Of a stretch of 34,995 bases of DNA, positions 7,795-17,120 are shown piece after piece (position 1 is the stretch's first letter; every line of letters starts with the position of its first letter). Below the pieces are notes generated by a model. The model made no database searches and was not told where the DNA came from. It saw only the letters and a list, made by a program, of their open reading frames with translations. The stretch comes from Dehalococcoidia bacterium. GTDB taxonomy: Bacteria; Chloroflexota; Dehalococcoidia; E44-bin15; DAOWNJ01. Location: NCBI GenBank assembly GCA_030642645.1, contig DAOWNJ010000001.1, positions 1 through 34,995 on the forward strand, read 5' to 3'. The position numbers were made by a program, and so were the translations under genes.

Positions 7795-9129
7795 CTACGC
7801 GGTCAACTTTCTTAAGGCCTGGCAAGCAGCATCTGTAATCTGGTAAGCCAAGGGTGAAGCGGTAAGAGCGGGGTGAGTGCCCATGGGGAAGGTGGCCATT
7901 TGTTCGATTTTCATCCCACTTACTATGGCGAGGGCCATGAGATTTGCTATCTCACCAACACTCATAACACAGCAGGCATTACCACCCAGAATCTTCCCTG
8001 ACTTCCGATCAAAGACCAGCCTGACCCTTAATTCCCTAGCATGGGGCATTGCTCCTGGGTGCTTGTCCACGGCGCTGGCCTCTCCAGTAACAATGTCGAA
8101 ACCTGCCTCCATAGCCTGTTTGTCGCTAAGACCGCATGCCGCTATAGCAGTGTCCCCGACCACAGTGGAGAAAACGCCTATGGTGCCCTCATTCCTCCAT
8201 TTTGGCCCAAGGAAATTGGCGGCGGCTATCTTCGCCTCTCTGGCGGCTATAGAGGCAAGGCGCAGGCCAACTGGCTTTCCATTGAAGAAGGAGTACTTCT
8301 CTGCGCAATCGCCTGCAGCGAAGATGTTGGGAGCACTGGTCCTCATATATTCATCAACCTTTATGCCCTTTTGCTCGCCGATCTCCAGGCCCGCCTCCTG
8401 AGCTATCCCTGTGTTGGGTCTTACGCCTATGCCTATGATGACCATGTCTGTCTTGAGTTCCTCGCCGCTATCAAGCTGCACATACTCCGCCTTGCCAACA
8501 CCCCCTATAGAGGTCACCGCTTTACCAGTAACAAGGCGCACCCCTCTTTCCTGGAGTGTATTCTCAACCAGAACGCATTGATCTTCGGGGCAGACGAGCT
8601 GAAGGCAATGAGGCAATAACTCCACAATGGTAACATCTAGTCCTCTTTTTCTGCACTCATCGGCGAATTCAACCCCTATGAAGCCACCACCGATGATAAC
8701 TACGTGCCCTGCCTTATCCATGGCTTCTCCCATACAGTGGAGATATTCTGCCTCTTTCCTAACGAAGAATACATTATCAAGATCAATGCCCCGTATTGGG
8801 GGTACAATAGGAATTGAGCCAGTGGCCAAGATCAATTTCTTGTAGCCTATTTTTTCACCACCGGCGGTGGTCACTACCTGCTTATCCGGGTCTATGGAGA
8901 TGACCTTATCCACCAGCAGATTGGCATCTCCAAGGATGGTATCTGGCATTATATTGCTGTCCACGGCACCTAGGGTTCCATAGATGTAGGGGATGCCGCA
9001 GGGAACCATCACCTTATCCTCTTGCCGGATAACCAAGATGCTTTTTAGCTGATATTGCCTCTGTGCTACTATTGCCGCCTGAGCTCCAGCAGCGCTACCG
9101 CCAACAATTACTAAATCGAACTCCTTCAT
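7795..9129 (-). CDS. FAD-dependent pyridine nucleotide-disulfide oxidoreductase (NADH oxidase/CoA-disulfide reductase family)
   Basis: N-terminal VIVGGSAAGAQAA (FAD GxGxxG), a single redox Cys in VPCGIPY, a second Rossmann motif VIIGGGFIGVEFA, and AAGDCA. Confidence 0.88.
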   Translation of the reverse strand: MKEFDLVIVGGSAAGAQAAIVAQRQYQLKSILVIRQEDKVMVPCGIPYIYGTLGAVDSNIMPDTILGDANLLVDKVISIDPDKQVVTTAGGEKIGYKKLILATGSIPIVPPIRGIDLDNVFFVRKEAEYLHCMGEAMDKAGHVVIIGGGFIGVEFADECRKRGLDVTIVELLPHCLQLVCPEDQCVLVENTLQERGVRLVTGKAVTSIGGVGKAEYVQLDSGEELKTDMVIIGIGVRPNTGIAQEAGLEIGEQKGIKVDEYMRTSAPNIFAAGDCAEKYSFFNGKPVGLRLASIAAREAKIAAANFLGPKWRNEGTIGVFSTVVGDTAIAACGLSDKQAMEAGFDIVTGEASAVDKHPGAMPHARELRVRLVFDRKSGKILGGNACCVMSVGEIANLMALAIVSGMKIEQMATFPMGTHPALTASPLAYQITDAACQALRKLTA

Positions 9130-9187
9130 TTAATTAAACTCCTTTATCAATCTAGACGACTCACTCAAGATGTAGTTGAGCCTGGTC

Positions 9188-9676
9188 TTAACTGGTTTTC
9201 GTGGGGTCATGGATACACTGCAGAAGTGCCTGGCGCGTGTCTCTGAGCTGCATGTCAACGACACGAACGATGTGTTCCATGACTACACTGCATATGTGAG
9301 GATGCGTCTCGCATATTTTTCTCAACTGCCCACCATTAGCGACAATAACCTTTGTCTTTTGTGTCGTCCTCGCTGTGGCAGTATACCGGTGTGGTGGTAG
9401 CAATGCCGACCAGCCAAATACACAATTCTTCGTTCTGGTACAAACCGCCACATGCTGGTTTGGTAAAGGCTCGATCTCACAGTTCACTGCGCCATCATCA
9501 ACCAAATATATATCTGTGCTTTCTTCGCCCTCCCTACAAATGATAGAGCCACTGTCGTAGGCCCTACTCTGACAAACAGCGGATACCATTCCCAGCTCTT
9601 CATCGCTCAAGCTATGAAAAATCTCCGTCTCTCTTAACCTCTCTATGGTTACCATTTCTGTCACCTCCCAGTTCAT
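9188..9676 (-). CDS. Stand-alone cyclic-nucleotide-binding domain protein
   Basis: The 162-aa product ..EIFHSLSDEELGMVSAVCQSRAYDSGSIICREGEESTDIYLVDDGAV.. fits the cNMP-binding beta-barrel pattern. No output domain. The start could instead be M8. Confidence 0.75.
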   Translation of the reverse strand: MNWEVTEMVTIERLRETEIFHSLSDEELGMVSAVCQSRAYDSGSIICREGEESTDIYLVDDGAVNCEIEPLPNQHVAVCTRTKNCVFGWSALLPPHRYTATARTTQKTKVIVANGGQLRKICETHPHICSVVMEHIVRVVDMQLRDTRQALLQCIHDPTKTS

Positions 9677-9728
9677 AGCAGATGTTATACTTTAGTAGCG
9701 CTATAAACATTTGTCAAGTGAGATAATA

Positions 9729-9757
9729 TTGCATCTTAGAAGTTAATAATGTATAAT
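9729..9757 (+). promoter_or_regulatory. Sigma70-type promoter candidate for the REC-GAF-HD-GYP gene
   Basis: TTGCAT (9729-9734), a 17-nt spacer and TATAAT (9752-9757) in a very AT-rich divergent intergenic region. It would give a leader of about 120-130 nt. Confidence 0.45.
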
Positions 9758-9880
9758 AAAAGATAAAAGAATATCTTTCGTCCGATGGTACCAATGTACC
9801 CCAACCAAATGGCTATATCAGGTGAACCATTTGGGCTATTGATAATAGGACGGGCAGTCTATAAGTTGGTGTAAGAGGCC

Positions 9881-11392
9881 TTGGAAGGAGGAGTGTTGGC
9901 TCAGAGCAGGGTATTGATTGTTGATGATGAGGTCCTGGTAAGGGATACGCTGAGGGAGATATTGAAGCGGGGGGGGTATGAGGTTGTTGCCGTGGATGGT
10001 GCCGCCGCTGCCCTTCAGGAAGCGCGTAAAGGCTTTGATCTCCTCCTTAGCGACATCAAGATGCCTGAGATGAACGGCCTGGAGCTGATCGAGGAGTTTC
10101 GCAAGCTCTGCCCTGAGGTCGTGCCCCTGCTAATAACCGCTTACCCCAGTGTTGAAACGGCCCGTTCCGCCGTAAGCCAGGGTGCCTTCAACTATATCAC
10201 AAAGCCATTCGACCGTGGCGAGATCTTAACAGCGGTGGCCGATGCCCTTGAGAGGAAGAGACTCGCCGAGAAGGATAGCCGGCTTAAGGAGCTTTCAGGG
10301 CTTTATCGGGTTAGTCAGGCAGTAACCACAGGGAAGGAGCAGGATGAGCTCCTCGATATGATCCTCAGAGTAGCCATTCAGCAGACAAAGTCAAGCGGTG
10401 GTTCCATTCTGCTATTCGACCCATCCGGCACCGGGGTAAGCGTGGCAGCCGCCGCTGGAGCATGGGACAGGGTAGCACAAATAGCTAACGCTATACTGGG
10501 AAATGATATAGACTCCCTCCTCGCAAAGACAGGGGAGCCGCTCCTGTTCACCGATGTTGAGAACCACCCCATGCTTGGGAGGGTCTTTAGCTCCTATCCA
10601 AGCCCCGAGATGCTGGATTCCAGGCCCAAGGGCCAGGAGATACTGCTGCTTCCCATAGAGATGGAGGGGAGAACAATCGGTTTCCTCAACATCTGCCGGG
10701 AGGCAGAGGATGAGCTCATCGCCGATGGGGACATGAAGCTGCTGCGCATTCTTTCCGCTCAGCTTGCTATCTGTCTGGAGAGCCGCAAGCAGTTCAATAA
10801 CCTTGAGGATAGCTTCATTTCCACGCTGGTGTCGGTCGCCTCCGAGGTTGATCACAAGAGCCCCTATACCGAGGGCCATATGGAGCGGGTGGCAATATTA
10901 TCTGTCGAGCTTGGAAGGCGAATCGGGTTGGGGCAACAACAGATGAGGGGTCTCGAGCTCGGGGCCAGACTTCATGATATTGGGAACATAAGCCTTAGCG
11001 AGGCTATGCTTAACAAGCCCGATACCCTCTCCATTCAGGAGTGGCAGATGGTCAAGCTCCATCCCATCATCGGGGATGAACTCCTGGCACCACTGGGTTT
11101 TCTGGATGAGGCTCGCCAGGTCGTGCGCCACCACCATGAACGCCTCGATGGCAAGGGCTACCCCGATGGCCTCCTGGGGGACGAGATAACCCCTCAGGTT
11201 CACATTGTGGTTCTGGCTGATGCCTACGACGCTATGACCTCTCCCAGGCCCTGGAGGCCAGCTATGGAAGATGATGAGGTTGTCCAAGCTCTGCTCGAAG
11301 AGAGGGAGGTAAGATTCAACCCCGCTATCACCGACGCCTTCTTAGACATGGTGAAAGATGACATATGGAGGAGCCAATGGCAACTGAGATAG
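9881..11392 (+). CDS. Response regulator with REC, GAF-like and HD-GYP domains (putative c-di-GMP phosphodiesterase)
   Basis: VLIVDDE..LLLSDIKMPEMNG..KPF (receiver) is followed by a central GAF-like region, then HDIGN...HHERLDGKGYPDGL (HD-GYP). The listed TTG at 9881 overlaps the GGAGG at 9887-9891, so TTG 9896 (MAQSRVLIVDD) is the more likely start. Confidence 0.9.
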   Translation: MEGGVLAQSRVLIVDDEVLVRDTLREILKRGGYEVVAVDGAAAALQEARKGFDLLLSDIKMPEMNGLELIEEFRKLCPEVVPLLITAYPSVETARSAVSQGAFNYITKPFDRGEILTAVADALERKRLAEKDSRLKELSGLYRVSQAVTTGKEQDELLDMILRVAIQQTKSSGGSILLFDPSGTGVSVAAAAGAWDRVAQIANAILGNDIDSLLAKTGEPLLFTDVENHPMLGRVFSSYPSPEMLDSRPKGQEILLLPIEMEGRTIGFLNICREAEDELIADGDMKLLRILSAQLAICLESRKQFNNLEDSFISTLVSVASEVDHKSPYTEGHMERVAILSVELGRRIGLGQQQMRGLELGARLHDIGNISLSEAMLNKPDTLSIQEWQMVKLHPIIGDELLAPLGFLDEARQVVRHHHERLDGKGYPDGLLGDEITPQVHIVVLADAYDAMTSPRPWRPAMEDDEVVQALLEEREVRFNPAITDAFLDMVKDDIWRSQWQLR

Positions 11393-11724
11393 AGAGATCG
11401 ATGAAGGAGAACCTGGGGGTAAGGCTTCTGGGACTTTTGGACGCCGTAAGGGGTTCCAGAGGGGGGTATGACCACGAGCTTTTGGCCCGTCTGGAGCACA
11501 TCATGGGGGAGGCGAGCAGGGAACCCCTATTCCTATCGCTCGCTAGTGAGGATAGAGCCGCTATAAGGAGATTTATCGAGGATATAACCTATGGTGATAC
11601 TGATAGGAGCATCGAGGTCACCATGGGTTTTGAGATTGGCTACCGCTATGCATTGGCCTACGGCTGGCTTGGCCAAAGAGACCCTTTAACCCTAAAGCAA
11701 ACAAAGGCCTTGCCCAAACCCTAG
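11365..11724 (+). CDS. Hypothetical protein overlapping the 3' end of the response regulator gene
   Basis: The 119-aa ORF has no motif I recognise. It overlaps 9881..11392 by 28 nt (16 nt if ATG 11377 is used), which suggests coupling. Confidence 0.5.
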   Translation: MEEPMATEIERSMKENLGVRLLGLLDAVRGSRGGYDHELLARLEHIMGEASREPLFLSLASEDRAAIRRFIEDITYGDTDRSIEVTMGFEIGYRYALAYGWLGQRDPLTLKQTKALPKP

Positions 11725-11737
11725 GACCCGATTCCCC

Positions 11738-12415
11738 CTATACAGAGATCAGCCCGTGCCTGAGGGCAAGAACAACAGCATGGGTTCGGTCATTCGCAGC
11801 AAGCTTTCTCAGGATAGAGGTCATGTGGTTCTTGACTGTCTGCTCGCTTATCTTGAGGCTATGGGCGATCTGCTTATTGGCACAGCCATTGGCCACAAGG
11901 TTCAGGATCTCGATCTCCCTCGGTGAGAGGGGGGCCACAAGGACCTGCATGTCCTGGCCGGCGAGCACCAAGCTCTGGAACTGGGAGAGGATTCGTGAGG
12001 CGAGGTCAGGCTTGGTGAGGAGAGTCTCATTTATGGGATACTCCCCCCTCCGGACCGTCTTTATCACCCCGACAAGGCTCTGTGATGGTATGTTCTTTGT
12101 GACATACGCCTGTGCCCCGGCCTTGACCGTCTGAAAAAGCTGGTTATCCTCCTCATAGGATGTGAGGACGATAACCGATACCTCTGGCAGGCGCTGCCCG
12201 AGATGCCTTACTAGATGAAGGCCCCTCAAAGAGGGAAGGTCTATATCTACAAGAACTACATCTGGGCTGTAGGCCTCGATCACCGAGACGAGGTCCTCCT
12301 CGGTGCCATCTGCCTCCCCGATAAGCTTTATACCCGCCCCCTCTGGCAGGGAGGCACGAAAGCCCTCCCTCCAAAGTGGCTCCTTGTCAACTAGGAAAAC
12401 CTCTATCATCTCCAT
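11738..12415 (-). CDS. NarL/LuxR-family response regulator
   Basis: Receiver domain (VFLVDKEP..VVLVDIDLP..) plus a C-terminal LuxR HTH (LSPREIEILNLVANGCANKQIAHSLKISEQTVKNHMTSILRKL). Confidence 0.9.
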   Translation of the reverse strand: MEMIEVFLVDKEPLWREGFRASLPEGAGIKLIGEADGTEEDLVSVIEAYSPDVVLVDIDLPSLRGLHLVRHLGQRLPEVSVIVLTSYEEDNQLFQTVKAGAQAYVTKNIPSQSLVGVIKTVRRGEYPINETLLTKPDLASRILSQFQSLVLAGQDMQVLVAPLSPREIEILNLVANGCANKQIAHSLKISEQTVKNHMTSILRKLAANDRTHAVVLALRHGLISV

Positions 12416-12494
12416 ATACCACTCACCTAATATAGTTTCACGCCGTAGTTTAACATATTTTTTTATGCTTGGCTATATTACCTTTCTCCTATTT

Positions 12495-13142
12495 TTAGAG
12501 AGCATGCTCCAGAACCAATACCTCTATTTCCAAGGGAAGGGTCTCCTTACTGAACTCAACCTCACTGGAATCAGACTCCACAACCCCCGGCATCCCCCTG
12601 ATGAAATCATCCACCCTTGCTATGGGATAGCCGCACGCTTTGGTCTTAAAGTGCATCGGGATGATGAGGCGTGGATTCAGCCTGCTGGAGACCTCGGCGG
12701 CTGTCTTCGCATCTATGGTGAAGAAGCCACCAACCGGGATGAAGAGGATATCCACACCCCCTATCTCCTTGGCCTGCTCCTCCGTGAGCCTGTGCCCTAG
12801 GTCTCCCAGGTGGCAGAGCCTCACGCCATCAACGGTGAAGCAGAATATGGTGTTTGGCCCCCTCTCCGCCCCACCGGCGTCATCGTGGTAGGAGGCGATA
12901 CCCTTGAAAGCTATCCCCTTGGCCTCGTTTGCCCCGACCCCCTTTATCATCCTAAATCCTCCCCTGACTGCGGCGGCGTTGTTGTGGTCAGGATGGTCGT
13001 GGCTTATCAGGACGACCTCAGCAGCCTCATCTATCTCCCCATAGTTGATCCCACCCCCTGTGGTGTAGGGGTCGGTGATGACCCTGGTCCCGCTCTCTGA
13101 GGTGATGAGGAACGATGAATGACCTAGCCATTTTATCTTCAT
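12495..13142 (-). CDS. MBL-fold metal-dependent hydrolase (UPF0173-like)
   Basis: MKIKWLGHSSFLITSESGTRVITDPY.. and the ISHDHPDHNN metallo-beta-lactamase His motif. 215 aa. Confidence 0.88.
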   Translation of the reverse strand: MKIKWLGHSSFLITSESGTRVITDPYTTGGGINYGEIDEAAEVVLISHDHPDHNNAAAVRGGFRMIKGVGANEAKGIAFKGIASYHDDAGGAERGPNTIFCFTVDGVRLCHLGDLGHRLTEEQAKEIGGVDILFIPVGGFFTIDAKTAAEVSSRLNPRLIIPMHFKTKACGYPIARVDDFIRGMPGVVESDSSEVEFSKETLPLEIEVLVLEHAL

Positions 13143-13159
13143 GATCTATCCTCCTCTTA

Positions 13160-14668
13160 CTACCCCTTAATCTGCTCTTGAGCCAATGAGAGGGCGAGGT
13201 TCACCAGGGTTCTCACCCCGACTCCGGTCTCCCCCTTGACCTGATAGGCCTTGTCCTTATCGGTGCGCGATGTGCCGGCGATGTCGAGGTGAACCCAGGG
13301 GGTATCCTCCACGAACTCGGCCAGGAACTGGGCGGCGGTGATGGCACCACCATACCTCCCACCCGTGTTCTTTATATCGGCGGTGTCGCTCTTGTTCTGC
13401 TCCTTATACTCCTCATACATCGGCATCTGCCAGATGCGCTCCCCTGCCGCCTCTCCGGCCTTGATGGCCCTGTCTATTATCTCCTGGTTATTTCCGAATG
13501 CTCCGGTGCAAATATTGCCGAGGGCAACCTGACAGGCTCCAGTCAGGGTGGCCACATCCACGATGGGGGAGAGCCCGAGCTTTCTGGCATAGCAGATGGC
13601 ATCGGCCAGGATGAGCCTCCCCTCGGCATCGGTGGATATGATCTCGATTGTCTTACCGTTCATTGCCCTGAGCACATCGGCTGGCTTCAGGGCGGCTCCA
13701 TCGGGGAGGTTCTCCGTTGCCGGCACTAAGGCAGTAACATTTATCCTTGGCCCAAGCTCTGCGATCGCCCTCATGGCGGCGATCACCGCCGCCCCGCCGG
13801 CCATATCCCCCTTCATATCCCCCATCCCTTCAGAAGGCTTGATGGAGATGCCACCTGAGTCAAAGGTTACCCCCTTCCCCACAAAGCCAAGGGTATTCTG
13901 TGATGAGGGGTCTCCCTTATAGCTTATGGTGATGAGCTTCGGGGGCTGGCGAGAGCCCTGAGCAACCCCCAGAAGGGCTCCCATCCCAAGCTCCTCCATT
14001 TCCTCACGCTCAATGATTCTTAGCTCAAGGCTACCCTCATCGGCAACCTTCCCCGCCGCCTCAGCCATATCGGTTGGGGTCATGTAGTTTGCCGGCTCGT
14101 TGGCCATGTCCCGGGCAAGGCATGTGGCCTCGGCAATGGCCTTGCCCCGAAGTAGGCCACTCTCCATCTGGGGAAGCCTCCCTTCATCCCCCTCCACGAT
14201 GAGGAGCTCCTTCATCTCCTTAAACTCTGGCTCTTTAGTGGTATGCTTTTTGAAGGTATAGAGGCCAAGGGTGGCCCCCTCACATATTGCCTGGGCAACA
14301 TCTCCATGGTCCAGGGCGCCGGCCCCATGGGCGATGGTGCCCACAAGCCCCACCCCAGCCCTTCGAAGAGACCTGAGTGCCTCCGCTGTAGCCGCTCTAA
14401 CCCTTTCCAGGTTGAATTTCTCCTGCTTCCCCAACCCCACAACCACCACCCTATCTGCATCCATCTTCCCAAGGGTGTGGATCAGGGTCACCTCACCATC
14501 CTTCCCCTTCATCTCACCGCCGGCGATGAGCCTGATGATTGCCCCTTCAAGGGCTTTATCAACCTCTCCTGTGGCGCCATCAGGCCTTTCCACCCCCTCA
14601 AAGAGGCTTACTATAATGGCATCTGCCTTCATCTTTGTGATGTCTCCTGCTATGACACTTATCTCCAC
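13160..14668 (-). CDS. pepA: Leucyl aminopeptidase (M17)
   Basis: VGKGVTFDSGGISIKP, MKGDMAGGAAV and the STDAEGRLILADA signature. 502 aa. Confidence 0.93.
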   Translation of the reverse strand: MEISVIAGDITKMKADAIIVSLFEGVERPDGATGEVDKALEGAIIRLIAGGEMKGKDGEVTLIHTLGKMDADRVVVVGLGKQEKFNLERVRAATAEALRSLRRAGVGLVGTIAHGAGALDHGDVAQAICEGATLGLYTFKKHTTKEPEFKEMKELLIVEGDEGRLPQMESGLLRGKAIAEATCLARDMANEPANYMTPTDMAEAAGKVADEGSLELRIIEREEMEELGMGALLGVAQGSRQPPKLITISYKGDPSSQNTLGFVGKGVTFDSGGISIKPSEGMGDMKGDMAGGAAVIAAMRAIAELGPRINVTALVPATENLPDGAALKPADVLRAMNGKTIEIISTDAEGRLILADAICYARKLGLSPIVDVATLTGACQVALGNICTGAFGNNQEIIDRAIKAGEAAGERIWQMPMYEEYKEQNKSDTADIKNTGGRYGGAITAAQFLAEFVEDTPWVHLDIAGTSRTDKDKAYQVKGETGVGVRTLVNLALSLAQEQIKG

Positions 14669-14683
14669 CTTGACCCTCCTTTT

Positions 14684-15277
14684 CTATCTCCGCTTTACCT
14701 GACGCACTACCTTCTCGATCACCGGGGTGATGTCCCTTGAGGTGTCAAGGGAGAAGAAGTTGCGCCCTATCCTCTCAACTGAGGGCCTCATCCTCTGATA
14801 TACCTGCCAGTCGGCATCTGATCTCTCACCGGACTCGTTATTCCTCTCCTCAAGGCGCTGCCTTACAAACTCAGGCGGGGACTTGGTATTGACTATAATA
14901 AGCCTCGCACCGCGGGTGTCAGCGATGTGATAGATGCGCTCCCGGTTTCGCTCCTGAAGGTTTGTAGCATCGAGGATAACCGGTGTCCCCCGCTCGAGGA
15001 GATTCTCGATAAGGCAGTGAATAGCCTCGAAGAGGTGGGAGCTCTCATGGTGACTATAGCTAGGGGTGGGGAATAGCACCTTTCGCATGGCGTCGCTCTC
15101 CACAATGGTGAAGGGGAACCTCTCGGCCAGCCTCCTAGAGAAGTATGTCTTTCCTGTCCCCGGAAGGCCACTCACTACAACGAGGGCGGGGCTTACCATC
15201 GGCTCAGGGAGCTCACCCATGCTCTCTAGAAGCCTCTCCACATCACTGGTGAGCGCAGGATTGGAATAATAGGACAT
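14684..15277 (-). CDS. P-loop kinase of the AAA_33/polynucleotide-kinase-like type
   Basis: Walker A SGLPGTGKTYF is followed closely by ESDAMRK (a D..R motif as in Pnk-like kinases). ATG 15277 is chosen (GAGGGAG upstream). The longer listed ORF would overlap the PHP gene. Confidence 0.75.
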   Translation of the reverse strand: MSYYSNPALTSDVERLLESMGELPEPMVSPALVVVSGLPGTGKTYFSRRLAERFPFTIVESDAMRKVLFPTPSYSHHESSHLFEAIHCLIENLLERGTPVILDATNLQERNRERIYHIADTRGARLIIVNTKSPPEFVRQRLEERNNESGERSDADWQVYQRMRPSVERIGRNFFSLDTSRDITPVIEKVVRQVKRR

Positions 15278-15278
15278 C

Positions 15279-16025
15279 TCACTCCCTCTCGGTGCTGGCT
15301 TCAACGCTGCTGGGGAAGAATATCCTCCTCCCATATTCTCTGAATGCCAGGCGCAGCCCGTCAAGGGATAGGGAGGGGACGTCCACGTAGATGAACCTCC
15401 TCCCAACCTCCCCGACGCCGTGGGCATCCGAGCCCTGAATGCAGGCATACCTTTTAGGGTAGTGGGGCATGAGCCCAAGGTTCCAGAGGGCCTTATCGCG
15501 CTCGATCGTGACCTCCAGAGCGCTCAGGTAATCGCTAGAATGGATCCTCATCTTGTCCCGGGGGTTTTCATCTGAGGCGATGAAGCCCTTTGGCTTTCGA
15601 TCCACATGGGCTGCGACTGCCAGGCCGCCGAACTCCACTATCCTCTGGAATACCTCATCAATCCAAAAGCTTGTTTCGGCAAACCCCTGCCCCCTTTGCT
15701 CCCCCTCAAAGCCGAGGGTATCCAGGAGACATCTCATCTTCTCTATTGGGGTGCCCTCATCAAATATGGCGAGGGTATGGCCCCCTCTTGTCGAGAGCTC
15801 GATTCCGGGGAAGACAAATAGCCCATTTATCATTGCCGCTTTGATTATTGGCTCGATGCCCTCAACGGAGTTATGGTCAGTAATGGCGATCGCATCCAGA
15901 CCACAGTTAACGGCTGCGACAACAATGTCCTCTGGGGATGTTCTCAAGCGTGCCTCGGGCACAACATGGTCTTCATAACAGGAGGAGACAGGCGTATGGA
16001 TATGGAGGTCTATCTTCTTCAACAC
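15279..16025 (-). CDS. PHP-domain metal-dependent phosphoesterase
   Basis: IDLHIHTPVSSCY.., ..AIAITDHNSVEG.., ..AAHVDR.., ..GSDAHG.. are the four His/Asp motifs of the PHP fold. GTG start. The stop is 1 nt from the kinase ATG. Confidence 0.8.
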   Translation of the reverse strand: MLKKIDLHIHTPVSSCYEDHVVPEARLRTSPEDIVVAAVNCGLDAIAITDHNSVEGIEPIIKAAMINGLFVFPGIELSTRGGHTLAIFDEGTPIEKMRCLLDTLGFEGEQRGQGFAETSFWIDEVFQRIVEFGGLAVAAHVDRKPKGFIASDENPRDKMRIHSSDYLSALEVTIERDKALWNLGLMPHYPKRYACIQGSDAHGVGEVGRRFIYVDVPSLSLDGLRLAFREYGRRIFFPSSVEASTERE

Positions 16026-16064
16026 CCCTGAATTCTATCACACCGCTTGCGGCGGCGCAACGAG

Positions 16065-16307
16065 CTATGGAATAAGCTGGGCTATAACTACCAGGATTAG
16101 TATGGCGATCATGGGGGTGATGTCCACCATCCCAATGCGCGGAATGATACGGCGAAGTGGGGAGAGGATAGGCTTAGTGATATAATCAAGGACAACTATG
16201 ATGGGGTTCCCGGGGTCGGTGATAAACCAGGAGAGGATGGCCCGGAGAAAGATGGCAAATGCGAGCACCTCAAGGAGAAACTGGATAAACTTTAGGAATA
16301 TCTCCAT
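16065..16307 (-). CDS. yggT: YggT-family membrane protein
   Basis: The 80-aa, two-TM protein carries the typical ..FLRAILSWF...NP....L..IT.P.L.P.RR.IP..G..D..P.. pattern. Confidence 0.85.
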   Translation of the reverse strand: MEIFLKFIQFLLEVLAFAIFLRAILSWFITDPGNPIIVVLDYITKPILSPLRRIIPRIGMVDITPMIAILILVVIAQLIP

Positions 16308-16315
16308 TTGACAAT

Positions 16316-17116
16316 CTATCCTCCCAGTTCTCTTGCTTTTTCATAGCCTGCGATGACGGCATGGGCAATGATGGCCCTCATTCCCCCCTCCTCTAGCTGT
16401 AAGAGTCCCTCAGCGGTGGTCCCCCCAGGTGAGGTAACCATGTTTCTGAGCTCGGCAGGCGCTTTGCCAGATTCCTGGGCGAGTCGGCTCGACCCCAGCA
16501 TTGTCTGGAGGACCAGCCCCTCTGCCATATCACGGGGTAGCCCGATATGAACCGCAGCATCGATGAGCGATTCTATAAATAGAAAGACATATGCCGGCCC
16601 GCTCCCGCTCACCGCGGTTGCCATATCAATATACCTCTCATTGGAGACATTTATCTCCCTCCCTATTGCTGATAGGATGGACTTTGCCATCTCTCTTTGG
16701 CTCCGGGTTACCTCCGGCTGGGCTGTCCAGACGCTCATACCCTCTCCGATCTGGGCCGGGGTGTTTGGCATGGCGCGAACTATGTCGTTATACTCCAGGC
16801 CACGAGTGAGGGTAGCGATGCTTTTCCCGGCGACGATGGAGAGGACCAGTTGACCAGACTTGAGCCTCCCCCTCATCTCCTCCATCACCTCGGCGAGGTT
16901 CTGTGGTTTGACGGCGAGGACGATGACCTCGGCACCCTTGATGGCCATACTGTGGTCCTCTGTTACCTTAACACCGTAATCCCTCGACAGGGCTTCTCGC
17001 CTTATGGCGCTGGTGTCACAGACGATAATCTCCTCAGGCCTAGCCACCCCTCTAGCCAGGATGCCCCTGATCATCGCCTCCCCCATAACCCCACCCCCAA
17101 TAAACCCGATCCTCAT
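16316..17116 (-). CDS. proC: Pyrroline-5-carboxylate reductase
   Basis: MRIGFIGGGVMGEAM (NADP Rossmann) and ..VTSPGGTTAEGL... ATG 17116 is chosen because AGGAGG lies 6 nt upstream. The listed longer ORF overlaps the yggS tail. Confidence 0.92.
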   Translation of the reverse strand: MRIGFIGGGVMGEAMIRGILARGVARPEEIIVCDTSAIRREALSRDYGVKVTEDHSMAIKGAEVIVLAVKPQNLAEVMEEMRGRLKSGQLVLSIVAGKSIATLTRGLEYNDIVRAMPNTPAQIGEGMSVWTAQPEVTRSQREMAKSILSAIGREINVSNERYIDMATAVSGSGPAYVFLFIESLIDAAVHIGLPRDMAEGLVLQTMLGSSRLAQESGKAPAELRNMVTSPGGTTAEGLLQLEEGGMRAIIAHAVIAGYEKARELGG

Positions 17117-17120
17117 GCCT

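Noticed and set aside
9758-9880. The leader of the HD-GYP regulator as a c-di-GMP (GEMM) riboswitch.
   Set aside because: The leader is AT-rich and lacks the GEMM-I GNRA/receptor hairpin pair and conserved ACGCAAAGC-type segments. It has only two simple hairpins.
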